The position numbers and the translations under genes are program-made. A stretch of DNA of 64,000 nt from Bacteroidales bacterium UBA1714 (GTDB taxonomy: Bacteria; Bacteroidota; Bacteroidia; Bacteroidales; Paludibacteraceae): the NCBI GenBank assembly GCA_002317295.1, contig DCIY01000030.1, positions 2,640-66,639 on the forward strand, read 5' to 3'. Positions 63,122 through 64,000 of the stretch are shown here, piece after piece; position 1 is the stretch's first letter, and every line of letters starts with the position of its first letter. The notes beneath the pieces are model-generated. The model was not told the origin of the DNA, made no database searches, and worked only from the letters and a program-made list of their open reading frames with translations.

Positions 63122-64000
63122 AGAGATTAGACAGTCCTATTTGGACTTTTTTCGCAGTAAAGGACATCAAATCGTGCCATCGGCTCCGATGGTCATCAAG
63201 GATGATCCTACCCTGATGTTCACCAATGCCGGAATGAACCCTTGGAAGGGAATCATTTTGGGCAATGACCCCATCAAATATCCCCGCGTAGCCGATTCGC
63301 AAAAATGCTTGCGCGTCAGCGGTAAACACAACGATTTGGAGGAAGTGGGGCACGATACCTACCACCACACGATGTTTGAGATGTTGGGTAACTGGTCCTT
63401 TGGGGATTACTTCAAACAGGAAGCCATTGATTATGCCTGGGAATATATTGTCGATGTACTCAAAATCGATCCCGCTAACCTGTATGCAACCGTGTTTGAG
63501 GGCTCCAAAGAGGAAGGACTCAGTCGGGATGACGAAGCGGCTTCGTTCTGGCTCCGCCACCTGCCTGAAGACCATATTATCAACGGTAATAAGCATGATA
63601 ACTTCTGGGAAATGGGAGATACCGGTCCTTGCGGTCCATGTTCGGAAATCCATGTAGACAGCCGTAGCGAAGAGGAGAAAAAACAGGTTCCGGGTCGTGA
63701 GATGGTCAATAAGGATCATCCGCAGGTGATTGAGATTTGGAATATCGTCTTTATGCAGTACAACCGCAAGGCCGATGGCAGCCTTGAACCGTTGGCCAAG
63801 AAAGTGATTGATACCGGTATGGGTTTTGAGCGTCTGGTGCGCACCATGCAGGGCAAACAGTCCAACTACGATACGGATGTGTTCCAACCCATGCTGCACA
63901 AGATTGGCGAACTCACCGGCCATACCTATGGCAAGGATGAACCGACGGATATCGCCATGCGCGTGATAGCCGACCATATACGAACCATCTCGTTTGCCAT
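63111..64000 (+). CDS. alaS: Alanine--tRNA ligase (5' part, runs off the window end)
   Basis: Hand-translated open frame from ATG 63111: [28 protein letters not shown]...FTNAGMN...[17 protein letters not shown]...[18 protein letters not shown]...[13 protein letters not shown]. No stop before 64000. Absent from the track because it is unterminated. Confidence 0.93.
   Translation, partial: MTSKEIRQSYLDFFRSKGHQIVPSAPMVIKDDPTLMFTNAGMNPWKGIILGNDPIKYPRVADSQKCLRVSGKHNDLEEVGHDTYHHTMFEMLGNWSFGDYFKQEAIDYAWEYIVDVLKIDPANLYATVFEGSKEEGLSRDDEAASFWLRHLPEDHIINGNKHDNFWEMGDTGPCGPCSEIHVDSRSEEEKKQVPGREMVNKDHPQVIEIWNIVFMQYNRKADGSLEPLAKKVIDTGMGFERLVRTMQGKQSNYDTDVFQPMLHKIGELTGHTYGKDEPTDIAMRVIADHIRTISFA

Noticed and set aside
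1-64000. Search for mobile elements, integrases, transposases, phage genes, toxin-antitoxin pairs, reverse transcriptases, CRISPR-cas and rRNA
   Set aside because: None of the ORFs of 60 aa or more on either strand shows the corresponding motifs. Apart from the short repeats listed as features, I noticed no large inverted repeats or multi-copy sequences within the window.

Overview
This window reads as a core chromosomal segment of an anaerobic Bacteroidota genome, order Bacteroidales and probably Prevotellaceae-like. The taxon call rests on SusC/SusD, the T9SS genes PorU/PorV, TTTG-N20-TAnnTTTG promoters, absence of Shine-Dalgarno sequences, and PFOR, ferredoxin and rubrerythrin. It is densely coding: 57 protein genes and one tRNA-Ser(CGA).

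Most genes are housekeeping:
- Translation: argS, pheS, alaS (5' part), rpmF, der, def, rluB.
- DNA metabolism: gyrA, ruvC, ruvX.
- Cofactor and central metabolism: nadC, coaX, pdxA, ispF, aroK, nifJ.
- Envelope biogenesis: lptC, an lptD-like gene, porU, porV, ftsE.
- One SusC/SusD pair lacking any adjacent enzyme or regulator, preceded by a deacetylase-ROK kinase-MFS-SIS module.

I see no rRNA, CRISPR array, integrase, transposase, phage gene or recognisable defence island. I could not identify a convincing novel multi-gene system.

The observations most worth a second look:
1. A very rigid promoter grammar at 14 sites, with an invariant 20-nt spacer, an A8-9 tract in half of them, and a conserved downstream AATT.
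2. Two candidate leaderless mRNAs, and a YceD homologue with no in-frame ATG.
3. A 19-nt duplicate of the tRNA-Ser 3' end lying 146 bp from the intact tRNA, possibly an att-site scar.
4. Perfect 15- or 18-nt in-frame tandem repeats in five unrelated housekeeping genes: gyrA, the lptD-like gene, rluB, slyD and an FAH-like ORF.
5. Short intergenic spacers with 7-nt periodicity and reduced-alphabet composition.
6. A 10-gene co-directional cluster joining the lptD-like gene to porU/porV. It includes a degenerate FAH-fold ORF and an embedded 105-aa secreted ORF.

All functional calls come from reading the translated ORFs and nucleotide motifs. No database search was run.
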